Below the pieces are notes generated by a model. It saw nothing but the letters and a program-made list of their open reading frames with translations, did not search any database and was not told where the DNA came from. The translations under genes were made by a program, and so were the position numbers. A stretch of DNA of 64,000 nucleotides from Coniocarpon cinnabarinum (Eukaryota): NCBI GenBank assembly GCA_051942205.1, contig JAVECO010000003.1, positions 248,001-312,000 on the forward strand, given 5' to 3'. Positions 1 to 9,561 of the stretch are shown here, piece after piece (positions within the stretch are counted from its first letter, which is position 1; each line of letters starts with the position of its first letter).

Positions 1-2
1 TG

Positions 3-362
3 CCGCTCCCTCCCAATCAGTCGCAGCCTCAAGGCCTAAATCTCCACAAGTGCATTGCTTTAGCGCAGCACGCACTCTTCAAAAATCGCCAACCTGATTT
101 CGCCGCCTACAATGATTACCACCGCAGTCTCAAGAGACGACTAAGAAACCCCTCGCATTATACGGAAAAAGAGTATCACTGGATGGAAAAAGAGGGCCTC
201 TATGTTCTCAGAGACAAGGGTGACGATTGGTACGAGCTCCGTCAGGAAAGACGTCGCGTGAAAAGAGTACTGGAAGAGATCCAGAGCCAGCGGGTGGAGA
301 TTCTTCGGCGCGAGAAAGAACGCCTCCAGTTGGAGACCACCGAGTCTGTGAACGCACAGTAG
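3..362 (+). CDS. 3' end of a hypothetical protein, possibly a member of the tandem small-protein array
   Basis: Frame is open from the window edge to TAG at 360-362: PLPPNQSQPQGLNLHKCIALAQHALFKNRQPDFAAYNDYHRSLKRRLRNPSHYTEKEYHWMEKEGLYVLRDKGDDWYELRQERRRVKRVLEEIQSQRVEILRREKERLQLETTESVNAQ*. 'EKEYHWMEKE' resembles 'REAKWLNEE' and 'QEKEWFKR' in the downstream array genes. Confidence 0.55.
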   Translation, partial: PLPPNQSQPQGLNLHKCIALAQHALFKNRQPDFAAYNDYHRSLKRRLRNPSHYTEKEYHWMEKEGLYVLRDKGDDWYELRQERRRVKRVLEEIQSQRVEILRREKERLQLETTESVNAQ

Positions 363-914
363 AGAATAGCTGAGGGATCTGACACAAGAATAAGCTGGAG
401 AAAGCTGCCTAGATTCGGGAGGTTATATGGAATGGGTGTTGGCCGCTGCGTCACTTGGTCCAAAGGCCGATTTGGTTCGAAAGTTCCCACAAGGCGATCC
501 TAAATACTCGATGATGCTCGAGATCCAAAATCCTACTTGTCATTGAAATGCCGTGTGGCATTTTGAGCTACAATCCTGACTTATCGTACAGTAGTACAGC
601 GCAGAGAACTCTAAAAGTATACTCTTGCTATCAGATCCAATCGCCTCACATCACGTGAGTGTACCAGTCAGGCGCAGCGTATCATTCCGTGCTCTTACGG
701 GCCATATTCTTTATTAATTTAGGTTGAGGCCTTGGTGATGCACACGTCCCAGCGTAGTCCAACGTAATTAATCTACCCCTCTCCAATAAAATTATGGCCA
801 CCTTCAGCTCCTGCCGTTGCTCAGCACCTCTACGTCATGGTCTGACAGAAGATCGTGCTGCTTCATGCAAGGGCAAAGTCCAGCACACCGTCCTTTCTAC
901 TTTTGTCAAACAAC

Positions 915-1427
915 ATGTCTGTGCAAACAGTCGGTGAAGCCGGTCACTTGAGCGACGCAGGTCGAGCTCAGCCCCCACTCATTAGCTCATCATCTACTCT
1001 TCACTTACCAAAAACGCTGGCCTGGTCACTCGTTCTGCGTTACATCAAGTTCGCCATCCACTCTATGATGCAGCCACATGCCGAAGAAGAAACGAGGAAG
1101 CGCAATCACGCGGCTTACATCTGGGATGCAATTTCCGGCGCAGGCCACGAGACCCAGTGGCTCCAGAATGAATACGATGACCTCTACGATTATTCTGTCG
1201 TGGAAGTCACGAGGAGTCTGTCGGATCTAGATGTATTGATAGTTGAAGTGTTTCAGCCGCTCATGTCCGAGATGAAGCGAGATTTGATTGGGCTTGTGGA
1301 ATGCAGTGCCGGGCCCGCGGGCCACGCCACATGCTTGTGGGATGAGTTCTTTAATACCCGATGGCTTATCTGTCTTGTCAATGACTTCACCTTCGAGCGA
1401 ATGTCACATGGGCTCGATGAAACCTGA
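915..1427 (+). CDS. Small hypothetical protein, tandem array member 1 (~170 aa)
   Basis: First ATG at 915. C-terminal block VEVFQPLMSEMKRDLIGLVECSAGPAGHATCLWDEFFNT aligns by eye with the ORFs at 1615 and 3439. Confidence 0.75.
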   Translation: MSVQTVGEAGHLSDAGRAQPPLISSSSTLHLPKTLAWSLVLRYIKFAIHSMMQPHAEEETRKRNHAAYIWDAISGAGHETQWLQNEYDDLYDYSVVEVTRSLSDLDVLIVEVFQPLMSEMKRDLIGLVECSAGPAGHATCLWDEFFNTRWLICLVNDFTFERMSHGLDET

Positions 1428-1614
1428 TAGCTGATCAATCACTCCTGACCCAGCTTCCCGGAAAATCACATGTGATGTGAGACTAATCGGGCGTTCGCTC
1501 TCTCCTAATTCCCCACTTTCCGAGCCCACCTGAAGCTCTTCAACTCTTCTCCACTTCATCATCAAACCTCGCCACCAATTGTCATCACCAAATTTCGATC
1601 CGCAGCAGCCCAAG

Positions 1615-2130
1615 ATGGGCGACATAATCATGAGAGATGCTACAGACGAAACCAATGAATCTTCTGGCGACTATGACAAACTCGAAGCCTGGCCACATAT
1701 CTTCTTCCATTTCGAGCAGCTGCTCACGGCTGTTAGCCGCCGTCACCTTCCTGAGTACCAAACCATGAAAGCATTCTACCAAGACCTGACGCAGGCAAAT
1801 TTGTGGATGAGCATATCAAATAGCTTATCGCCACCCAGCTTGCCGTTGCAAAGAGAAGCCAAATGGCTCAATGAGGAACTTTCAAACGTGAGAGAAATCG
1901 ACGAAGAGGTCCTCGACTCCCGACACATGCTCGATGCTGAGGCTGTCTATTTGCATGTCATCGTCCCCATTATGGATGTGATGCGCCAGGAGCTAGTCGA
2001 ACTGATTGAGAACGAGAGAGTGGGACCGTTGGAGCATATCGAGGACCTGTGGAATGAATTCTTCAATACCAAGAAGCACTTTGAGAACATACTGGAGTTG
2101 AACTTGTCGATCGGTCGCATTGCGTTCTGA
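1615..2130 (+). CDS. Small hypothetical protein, tandem array member 2 (~171 aa)
   Basis: ATG at 1615. Carries AWPHIFFHF and HVIVPIMDVMRQELVELIENERVGPLEHIEDLWNEFFNT, shared with its neighbours. Confidence 0.8.
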   Translation: MGDIIMRDATDETNESSGDYDKLEAWPHIFFHFEQLLTAVSRRHLPEYQTMKAFYQDLTQANLWMSISNSLSPPSLPLQREAKWLNEELSNVREIDEEVLDSRHMLDAEAVYLHVIVPIMDVMRQELVELIENERVGPLEHIEDLWNEFFNTKKHFENILELNLSIGRIAF

Positions 2131-2333
2131 AATGTCTGTGAGGTGTTGCTGTCGAGAAATGAATGTCCAAGGTCGAGGGGTATGTGCGGGGGTTCAAGGT
2201 GGAGATTGCATGTGACATGGGAAGAGGCAATGGGCGCTTATTTAGAGCTTCGATTCTGACAATCCAGTCATTTTCTTTCCTTCCACTTCCACTCTAACTC
2301 GTTGAAACATTCGTGTGACAGTCAGAGCTTCCC

Positions 2334-2813
2334 ATGGCGCTATCACAGGACGCCATGCCGTCTACTTCGAGCATAAGCTATCCGCTCCTTCGCGGAAATC
2401 CGAAAACGACCCACTGGCCTGCCATCTTCGAATACTTGGAGGTGGCCTTCGTGGCATCCAGATACCATGAAAAGGTTGAGTCACTGGAGAAGTCGCAATT
2501 CAATCGAGAGTTCCAATCCAAGGGAATTTCTGCGGTTTGGAATCCCAACGTATCCTATCAAGAGAAAGAATGGTTCAAAAGGATATCTCGGCTAAACCTG
2601 CAAGAGCAACCGAAGCACGAAGTGTCAACATCGCCGTCGCAAATATTCTGGCAGGATACCATTTGGCCCCTACTGAAATCTACGGAAGGAGAGCTCAAGT
2701 CCTATATTGAGCAGGGAGATATTCCGGAGGACTCTGCTGAAGGGGCTCGGGCGGAACACACACATTTGATGTTGCGATGTTTCAGACTTGTGGGGCCGCA
2801 CTGCTTCCATTGA
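2334..2813 (+). CDS. Small hypothetical protein, tandem array member 3 (159 aa)
   Basis: Carries HWPAIFEYL, EKEWF and QDTIWPLLKSTEGELKSYIEQG, in the same order and similar spacing as the motifs in its neighbours. Confidence 0.7.
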   Translation: MALSQDAMPSTSSISYPLLRGNPKTTHWPAIFEYLEVAFVASRYHEKVESLEKSQFNREFQSKGISAVWNPNVSYQEKEWFKRISRLNLQEQPKHEVSTSPSQIFWQDTIWPLLKSTEGELKSYIEQGDIPEDSAEGARAEHTHLMLRCFRLVGPHCFH

Positions 2814-3438
2814 TGCGAGGCGAAGGCATGCACTGTTGCATGAGGTTTAGCACCGAAATTGAAACTTGATCGGACACATAGAAGTATGGACGACTTGTAT
2901 CCCAGCACGTATTTCCATTCGTCTGGCAAAAAATGCAACCGTTTCTTGCCCCTGTTGGATACTTCTGGCCAGTCGTGTCGGATCTCTAGGACAGCCTGAC
3001 CCCGGCAAGCAGCGTGATGGAACTAGTCTGCAGATTGAATTGTACTGTTTGGGCAGAACAGCCTTGACATAAATATTACAGAAATAGTATAAGCCAGTAA
3101 AAGCAGCAGTGGCCGTTTTTAAGTCCTTAAAATCTGAGAGCGATCGATCATAATAGGCAGCCCTGGATGGAGCAAAGAAGCGCATCCAAGACCTTAGACT
3201 GCGGCCATGCCTTACCGCCGCTAAACTCCTTTGGCGTGTCCGTTCGATATCTAAGAGTGAGTTGCACTTCGTGACCCAAGTATAGTAGATCACACACTAA
3301 GCCTCAACACAGCGCTCAATCACCCCAGCATTTTTCTCGCACTTCACCGACTAACGTGAGCATTAGGAATACTGTATCCTTCCTCAATAGGTCAACCGAA
3401 ACGACCTCTCCCGGCCAGTTGAGTTCATCTCGTCAATC

Positions 3439-3873
3439 ATGCCGAACTATTCGTGCTGGCCAAGGACTCTCCAGTACCTAATTCATCTGTCCATACACCT
3501 AGCTAAGCTGGAACGTCAAGAGAGGCGGGTCCTAAGGTTGAACCAACAACACATAATCGACTGGAGCGACGACTTCTGGACGACAACTGGGAGTGCCTTG
3601 AGAGCCCTCCTCATGGTCCACTCCATGCATCAGAGTCTGTCCCGCGAACAAGCAGCCAGAGCGTTCCACTTTCTCGAAGAAATCATCAGTCCGATCGTGG
3701 CTGAAATGAGGTCTGAGTTGGTTGGCGATATTGAGAAGGGCATTGTGGGCTCGGCGCAAGCGAACCAGCTTTGGGACCACTGGTTTGCAGCACAGCGGAT
3801 CTTACATCACGTTGCTCGGCGTTTACAGCGATCAGTCAATGCGGAAGGGGCTATATTGCCAATCGAACTATGA
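3439..3873 (+). CDS. Small hypothetical protein, tandem array member 4 (144 aa)
   Basis: Carries CWPRTLQYLIHL and EEIISPIVAEMRSELVGDIEKGIVGSAQANQLWDHWF, matching members 1 and 2. Confidence 0.75.
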   Translation: MPNYSCWPRTLQYLIHLSIHLAKLERQERRVLRLNQQHIIDWSDDFWTTTGSALRALLMVHSMHQSLSREQAARAFHFLEEIISPIVAEMRSELVGDIEKGIVGSAQANQLWDHWFAAQRILHHVARRLQRSVNAEGAILPIEL

Positions 3874-4049
3874 TAGCGATCGGATGGCATTGTCTAGGAC
3901 CGCGTCGCTCACTTCTAGCTGTCAACATTGACAGTCCAAGCGATCATGAACACTATCATATCAGTCCACTCTACTCTACATGTCACTTTTTTCCTGCTGC
4001 GGCGAAGCATTGGAATCAAGCATATACCAGCAAGCGCCGGATCAACGTC

Positions 4050-4400
4050 TGAGTCTAACATCCAGCTTTGAGTCATATGATGTATGCCACGCGTCACTGT
4101 TTCAAAAACCGCATCTACATGGCAGAGGTCACAAACGAAAGTCCCTACCCTATTCTAGTGCAGACAGTGAACCTCTATGATTTGAATGATCCGGGAAGCA
4201 GGGGTATGAGGATAGTGGCGAGAGCTCTTTCTTCATCGTGGGATACTGAACCTTAGTACAACGAGGATTTCCATCTAAACCTCCACGGTAGCCAAATATA
4301 TCGAGAAATTGTAGTTCAATCTATCACAAGCATTCTCAGACGAATTCCATGTAGTCGTTCAGAGATGAACACAAGTATGAACTTACAAATGTATTGGTGA
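4050..4400 (+). pseudogene. Probable degenerate copy of the tandem array family
   Basis: 'tga gtc taa cat' (4050-4061) matches 'gga gtc tgg cat' (GVWH) in the gene at 4809. 'ATRHCFKNR' resembles 'AQHALFKNR' in the ORF at 3-362, and 'SQIYREIVVQSITSILRR' resembles the family helix. In-frame stops at 4050, 4056 and 4254. Confidence 0.4.
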
Positions 4401-4808
4401 ATTCCGAGACAAGTCGGTGCGGGCTAGATCATAGCGAAGGCATTGTTCTTTTGCGCGGTGAATGACGACCGTAGGGAGCAAGTCACAATAGCAAAACCAC
4501 GGGCTGGTGGATTTCGGCATTTTAGAGTTTCAATGCAGCGGCATGGCACGTAGGCTATTCACGTGCCAGGAAAGGTGAAAATCAAGCTCGCCTGTTGCGC
4601 ACGTCAGTTGACTTTTTCGCTTTGCGTTGCCTTTCCTGCATCCGGTGCCTGTAGCACTTACATTTATCACAACGCAAAAAGATAGTCTTCCGCCGCTCTT
4701 TGGTTTACAGATTCATCAAGCTCTTTGCACATACTAAAGTCACGAGCCGCTAAGGACGTATCCCCTGTTCATTTGCCTATTCGACTACAGCATACTGCAA
4801 CATCATCA

Positions 4809-5438
4809 ATGAGACGGCTCGCAATGGAGTGCGACGACCACAGCAGCAGTGCATGCGCCAACCAGTACCTCCTGGAAGGACTCCTTGCTCACGCAGGAGA
4901 TCGCTTAGCCAAAGACATTGATCTATCCTCATCAGAACAGCCGAGCATTGGAGTCTGGCATGAAACCCTCGACTACCTCATCAGACTGGCCAACTTTTCC
5001 AGTCGAATCTCGAAAGCCCAGGTCCAGGAATACGACAGTTCTATAAACTTCACACGCTCCGACATGCTCATCAATCATGTCCATTACAAGGATCAGCAAT
5101 ACTACCGGCTGTTCGTTTGCCAGGTTCTGCAGGATAGAGCGCGATTGGGGCAGAGCAAGGAAGGATCACCCAGCGTCAAACGTATTCTGACTGATATGGT
5201 CACCTTGATGGGTTTGGAAGTGAGCATGAGACTGATAGAGCCGGGAATTCGGGAGGATGAGTTTGAAGACCTGGCAGTATTACACAATCGACTGAACGGG
5301 TCTTTCGAGCACTTGGGGCTGGTCAGACGCTGGATTTGTCCTGGACCAAGCGGCAAAGCACCAGTTGAATGCGAAGAGCAGCAAGTGGACGAAACACCAG
5401 CTGATCACTCCAGACCGGGAGCGCACGACACTTCCTAG
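4809..5438 (+). CDS. Hypothetical protein, divergent tandem array member 5 (~209 aa)
   Basis: ATG at 4809. GVWHETLDYLIRL aligns with CWPRTLQYLIHL of member 4. Similarity in the C-terminal helix is weaker (ILTDMVTLMGLEVSMRLIEPGI). Confidence 0.6.
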   Translation: MRRLAMECDDHSSSACANQYLLEGLLAHAGDRLAKDIDLSSSEQPSIGVWHETLDYLIRLANFSSRISKAQVQEYDSSINFTRSDMLINHVHYKDQQYYRLFVCQVLQDRARLGQSKEGSPSVKRILTDMVTLMGLEVSMRLIEPGIREDEFEDLAVLHNRLNGSFEHLGLVRRWICPGPSGKAPVECEEQQVDETPADHSRPGAHDTS

Positions 5439-5996
5439 AAGCCAAAGCGTAGGGCAACTAGCTATGGCGGACTTGACACTGCGACATTATTTTGGGTCCA
5501 ATCGAAATCCACTGATAGGCTTGCGCGGTGCAGGAAGTCAGAAGGCCGTCCACGTCATCAGGATTGAGCGTGTTGTGAGGCGGTAGTTTAGGGGGAAAGG
5601 GGGTGGCGGTGCAAAGGTTCACAGCCACTGGAGGTCAGATCAGTGACAGCACTCATTTCATTACCATTCTTCACATAGATCATCATTGATATCTCCATTC
5701 CATGTTAAACCAATTGACAGACCCTTCGTCATGGATAGTACAGCTTCTCAGGCTTGACTGCCTCAATAAAAGATGGGAATTGCGAGAAAGGGGTTGTGAG
5801 AACTACGTGACGAAGCTCTGCCAGCTTACAAACCACTTCCCACTCTTCGAGATTCATTAATTCGTTAGCACAGCAGACAAAGCAAGATGAGAAGCACAGT
5901 TCCTGCCTCATTACATTGTCATCATGAAGTGAATCGACTTCATTTTGTGGAGTGCCTCACATCATTCCGACAGCCGGCTCGGGGTTGATTTCGCCA

Positions 5997-6929
5997 TCAA
6001 CCTTTTCCGCGCGACTTGTGGATTGCATTAGACACCCATTGCTCAAAAGTTGTTGGTTCTCTTCCGAGCAGCCAGCGCAGGACATTGGGGCTACCCTTGA
6101 GGCCTCGATCTTCGTAATACAGTAGCATTCGCGAGGCTGCTTCACGAGTCTCCAGTGGCACGCGGTCTACATCACCGAAGAGCGTGCGCATGAATGTCAA
6201 ATCTGCTTGCTCTCGTGGAAGTTTCGCAAGCTCTATCTTGGCGCCTAAGTGTTTGCTGCAAACGTCCGTCATATCTCTATAAGTTTCCGGCATCGTCGAG
6301 CAGAGCGGATAGGATGCCAGGAAGTGTGCTTCACGTTCTTTGACCACTTTGACACACGCGTCACCTAAGTCTGCAAGCGCAATGAATGAGTGGGCCGTGT
6401 CTGGATTGTATGGTGTTTTTAGGACCAGTTGCTCGCCTAGATCTTGCTGCGCAACCAGAGCCGGTACTGGAAAAGTATCCATGAATCTTGTTGGTCGCAA
6501 GATCGTCCACTGTAATCCCGATTCTACGAGGTATTCTTCTACATATCGCTTGCAGTCATGGTTTATGAGCTTGCGAAGCTGTGTATGTAGCACCGATGAA
6601 TAGATAAAGTGGCATTGAGTCCCTGCCGAAGAAGACGCAGACATGCAGGCGTCCACCATGTTGTAACCGATCGTAGTTTCATGTGGATGGAACGACGGTC
6701 CGATATGAACGATTGTGCTTGCACCTGATACAATACGTGCGCAGGCTTGCGGCTGCGTAAGATCGGCCTTCGTGATTTCTGCGTTCGGGAAACTCTTCTG
6801 AAGCTTCTCCACGGACTCGTCACGGTTTGCAACCAGTCGAAGCTTGTACTTTGGATCACTGTAGAGGCGAGGAATTATGTGGGAACATTGTTTGCCGCTT
6901 GCGCACGTGAGCGTGACGAGCTGAGCCAT
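5997..6929 (-). CDS. NmrA-like NAD(P)-binding (atypical SDR) protein
   Basis: Start MAQLVTLTCASGKQ (Rossmann-like), HFIYSSVLH, HDCKRYVEEYLVESGLQWTILRPTRFM, SFIALADLG and C-terminal LRWLLGREPTTFEQW are typical of NmrA-family proteins. Confidence 0.85.
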   Translation of the reverse strand: MAQLVTLTCASGKQCSHIIPRLYSDPKYKLRLVANRDESVEKLQKSFPNAEITKADLTQPQACARIVSGASTIVHIGPSFHPHETTIGYNMVDACMSASSSAGTQCHFIYSSVLHTQLRKLINHDCKRYVEEYLVESGLQWTILRPTRFMDTFPVPALVAQQDLGEQLVLKTPYNPDTAHSFIALADLGDACVKVVKEREAHFLASYPLCSTMPETYRDMTDVCSKHLGAKIELAKLPREQADLTFMRTLFGDVDRVPLETREAASRMLLYYEDRGLKGSPNVLRWLLGREPTTFEQWVSNAIHKSRGKG

Positions 6930-7423
6930 TCTAGAAGATTGACGTGGATTCTCTAACGAATATGGATAGGAGTAGATGAATTTCCACTTTACTCGCAAGA
7001 ATTGCCTGTGGAAGAGACGGCCTTTTGGCTATACAAGCACAACAAGTCGAAGAAGAGCATTCCCCAAATGTTTACTCTCTTCACGGATCTCACCATGAAA
7101 AACACTGCTTAATAGAGACAGCGCGAAGTAGTCTATTGGCCATGCAATGCTGGTCAGGAGGCTCGAATACATGAGTTCAAGTCAACTTGCTCCTCCGCTA
7201 CCTCAACAGGAGGCGGCGTCGAGACATTCCATTTAGCCGCGATTCTTCCGCACCTCTTAGCGTGTTTCATACTAGCGCGCATCTTACAAGAGCTCCAGTG
7301 GGGGCGACCAGTCCGAGTTTACAGGTGCTGATTTCTCGTTGGAACGGCGAAAGTACTTTACTCGGTCCTCCACCATTCTACTCAAGAGTCTTTCGTAAAG
7401 ACCACAGGACCTTCAGCTGCACA

Positions 7424-8089
7424 ATGCCCGAGCTACGGAAGCGTAAAGACCCTCCACCAGCACCCGCGCAAACCAAGAGCAAGCCAGCCGCGAAGAAGCG
7501 AGCCACTTCGAAATCTGCTTCTTCGACCCCTGCGCCTGCTAAACCTACGTCTGACTCTAAGCCTGCAAAAGCTTCTTCATCCTCCGGTGCCAAATCACCA
7601 AAGTCGACAAGTCAGCCAGAAGCTGGTGACCAGCTGGTTGTCGAAGAGCTCCGCGACTTGACTGTCCAAGACCACGACGGAGAAGAGACGTCGTTACCAG
7701 ACATATTCGACAAGAACGGAGGCAAAAGCATTGCAATCTTTACATATCCCAAGGCTTCTACGCCGGGATGCACGACACAAGCATGTCTCTTCCGCGACAG
7801 CTATGAAGATCTCCACCCGTCGTTCGATGTATACGGACTGTCCAACGACTCACCCAAGTCGAACACGAATTTCAAGGAGAAGCAAAAGCTCCCGTACTCG
7901 CTCTTGTGTGACCCAAAGAGGGCTCTGATATCGAAGCTGGGTTTTGGCAAAGCGGGCGGCAGTGGCACGACAAGAGGCGTTGTCGTACTTGACAAGGATG
8001 GCAAGATATTGGCATGGATGACTGGGGGGCCGCAGTCAACGCTGGATGCTGTCAAGGGACTTATGAGCAAGAGCGAGGCTAAGCTGTGA
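7424..8089 (+). CDS. DOT5: Peroxiredoxin Q / BCP family thiol peroxidase (DOT5-like)
   Basis: FTYPKASTPGCTTQAC active-site motif, VYGLSNDS, KQKLPYSLLCDP, and a basic N-terminal extension (MPELRKRK). Confidence 0.88.
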   Translation: MPELRKRKDPPPAPAQTKSKPAAKKRATSKSASSTPAPAKPTSDSKPAKASSSSGAKSPKSTSQPEAGDQLVVEELRDLTVQDHDGEETSLPDIFDKNGGKSIAIFTYPKASTPGCTTQACLFRDSYEDLHPSFDVYGLSNDSPKSNTNFKEKQKLPYSLLCDPKRALISKLGFGKAGGSGTTRGVVVLDKDGKILAWMTGGPQSTLDAVKGLMSKSEAKL

Positions 8090-9561
8090 AAATCCATCCA
8101 AAGGCTTGGAAGCATGTACTCGAAGAGGCGTCTTTAAGATACGTGGATCGCACATGCACTAAGCCGTTCACTGACTCAGCCCCTTCTGAATCCTTGAAGG
8201 TAGTGGTCTACATGTTGCCATTTGATATGAGAGGAAGGAAGCCCGAATGCAGTGGGCTTGAGATAGCAGCCAGTTGCAGCACGGACGGTAAGAGATAGGT
8301 CGTAGTGGCACTCGAGAGCGGAACACAAGAGTAGATGTGGGAGTGAGAGGGCAAGCGGTGGCTGTGATGACACCTGTCAGCCATGCTACAGGAGCCGAGG
8401 CAGGCGGGGTGTGGACTGCATTGAAGCAAGCCACCAGGCGGCCTCGAGTTAGACATGGTGTGGAAGGAGAGGTCTGGGACAAGGGAAATGATGAATGCTA
8501 GTGGATGATAACGCGTTGGAACTATTTTTCACCTGGCCAATCAGATGCCACAGCTGGCACATTCTAATATTGAAGCGCTAGTCCCGAGATGGCAGCACTT
8601 GTACCCTTGCTGCCAAACTGGGGCAGGCGTGACATGTGGAGTGCCAAGACTGGGGGGGAGTCTTCCCCTGCCGTGCGGGAATCGTTCCCTCGTTCCCTCG
8701 TTCTCTCGTTTGCGCCCCCTCGCTCCTCCTCCTCCTCCCACACTTGACTTCCACCCTTCACTCACACCCGACACTTCTCCATCCATCACCATCCTCTTTA
8801 ATCCACCGATTCACTCTTCTTCCCCAACCTCCTATCAATTCTTTGGCAGCGCAGCCTCTGTCCTTTCCTTCTCATCCAGACATCCCCGTCAGCCAGGCCC
8901 GCCAGCATCGACACCTCCACGAAGCAGTTTCACCCGCCTTGCGACGCTACGCCTCAACATCCCCGAGTCCAACTCTCCTTGCCAAGATTGCGACTGAATC
9001 AGACAACGTAGCCGACCATCGCTTCCCACTTCACAACTGTTGACGTTTGTGTCCGCTCAGTGCGCCCCTTCGCAGCTTGACGCTGTCTTTGTTCATTCTC
9101 TACAACCTACAGCCTTCGTCAATCACTACTACTTGTTCTTTGTTCGGTAATCGCCAATCCTATCCACCCACCCAAAGATACTCGACCGGCCCTTCCTGAT
9201 CTGCGCTCCGGTCCCTGCGACCACGTTCGTAGCCAGTTCGACTTCCACCGCTGCACTCGTCCAGCATCTACCGTTCACATTCTCACGGTACATACGCTTT
9301 ATCTGTTCACTTGCCAATTCGACTCACGCTTTTGACGACCATACTACAATCAGCAAATAATCCCTAATTCGCAACAAATCTCTCTCGAGCAAGAAAACGA
9401 ATCATCAGTTTCTCATCCCACAGACAGACGCTCAGTGTTTCGCAACTGAAGTCCTTGGCGATCTTGAGAACTTTCGCGATCACTTTGACGAATCGATACC
9501 CATCAGCTCCATTCGTATTTAACAACTGTAGATCAGCACATTTCATTCACAACACTGAGCA

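Noticed and set aside
2847..3293. 148-aa minus-strand ORF inside the tandem array, with RSLSDF resembling RSLSDL of member 1
   Set aside because: Opposite strand, non-ATG start, and it lacks the family's ordered motifs. The match is too short to trust.
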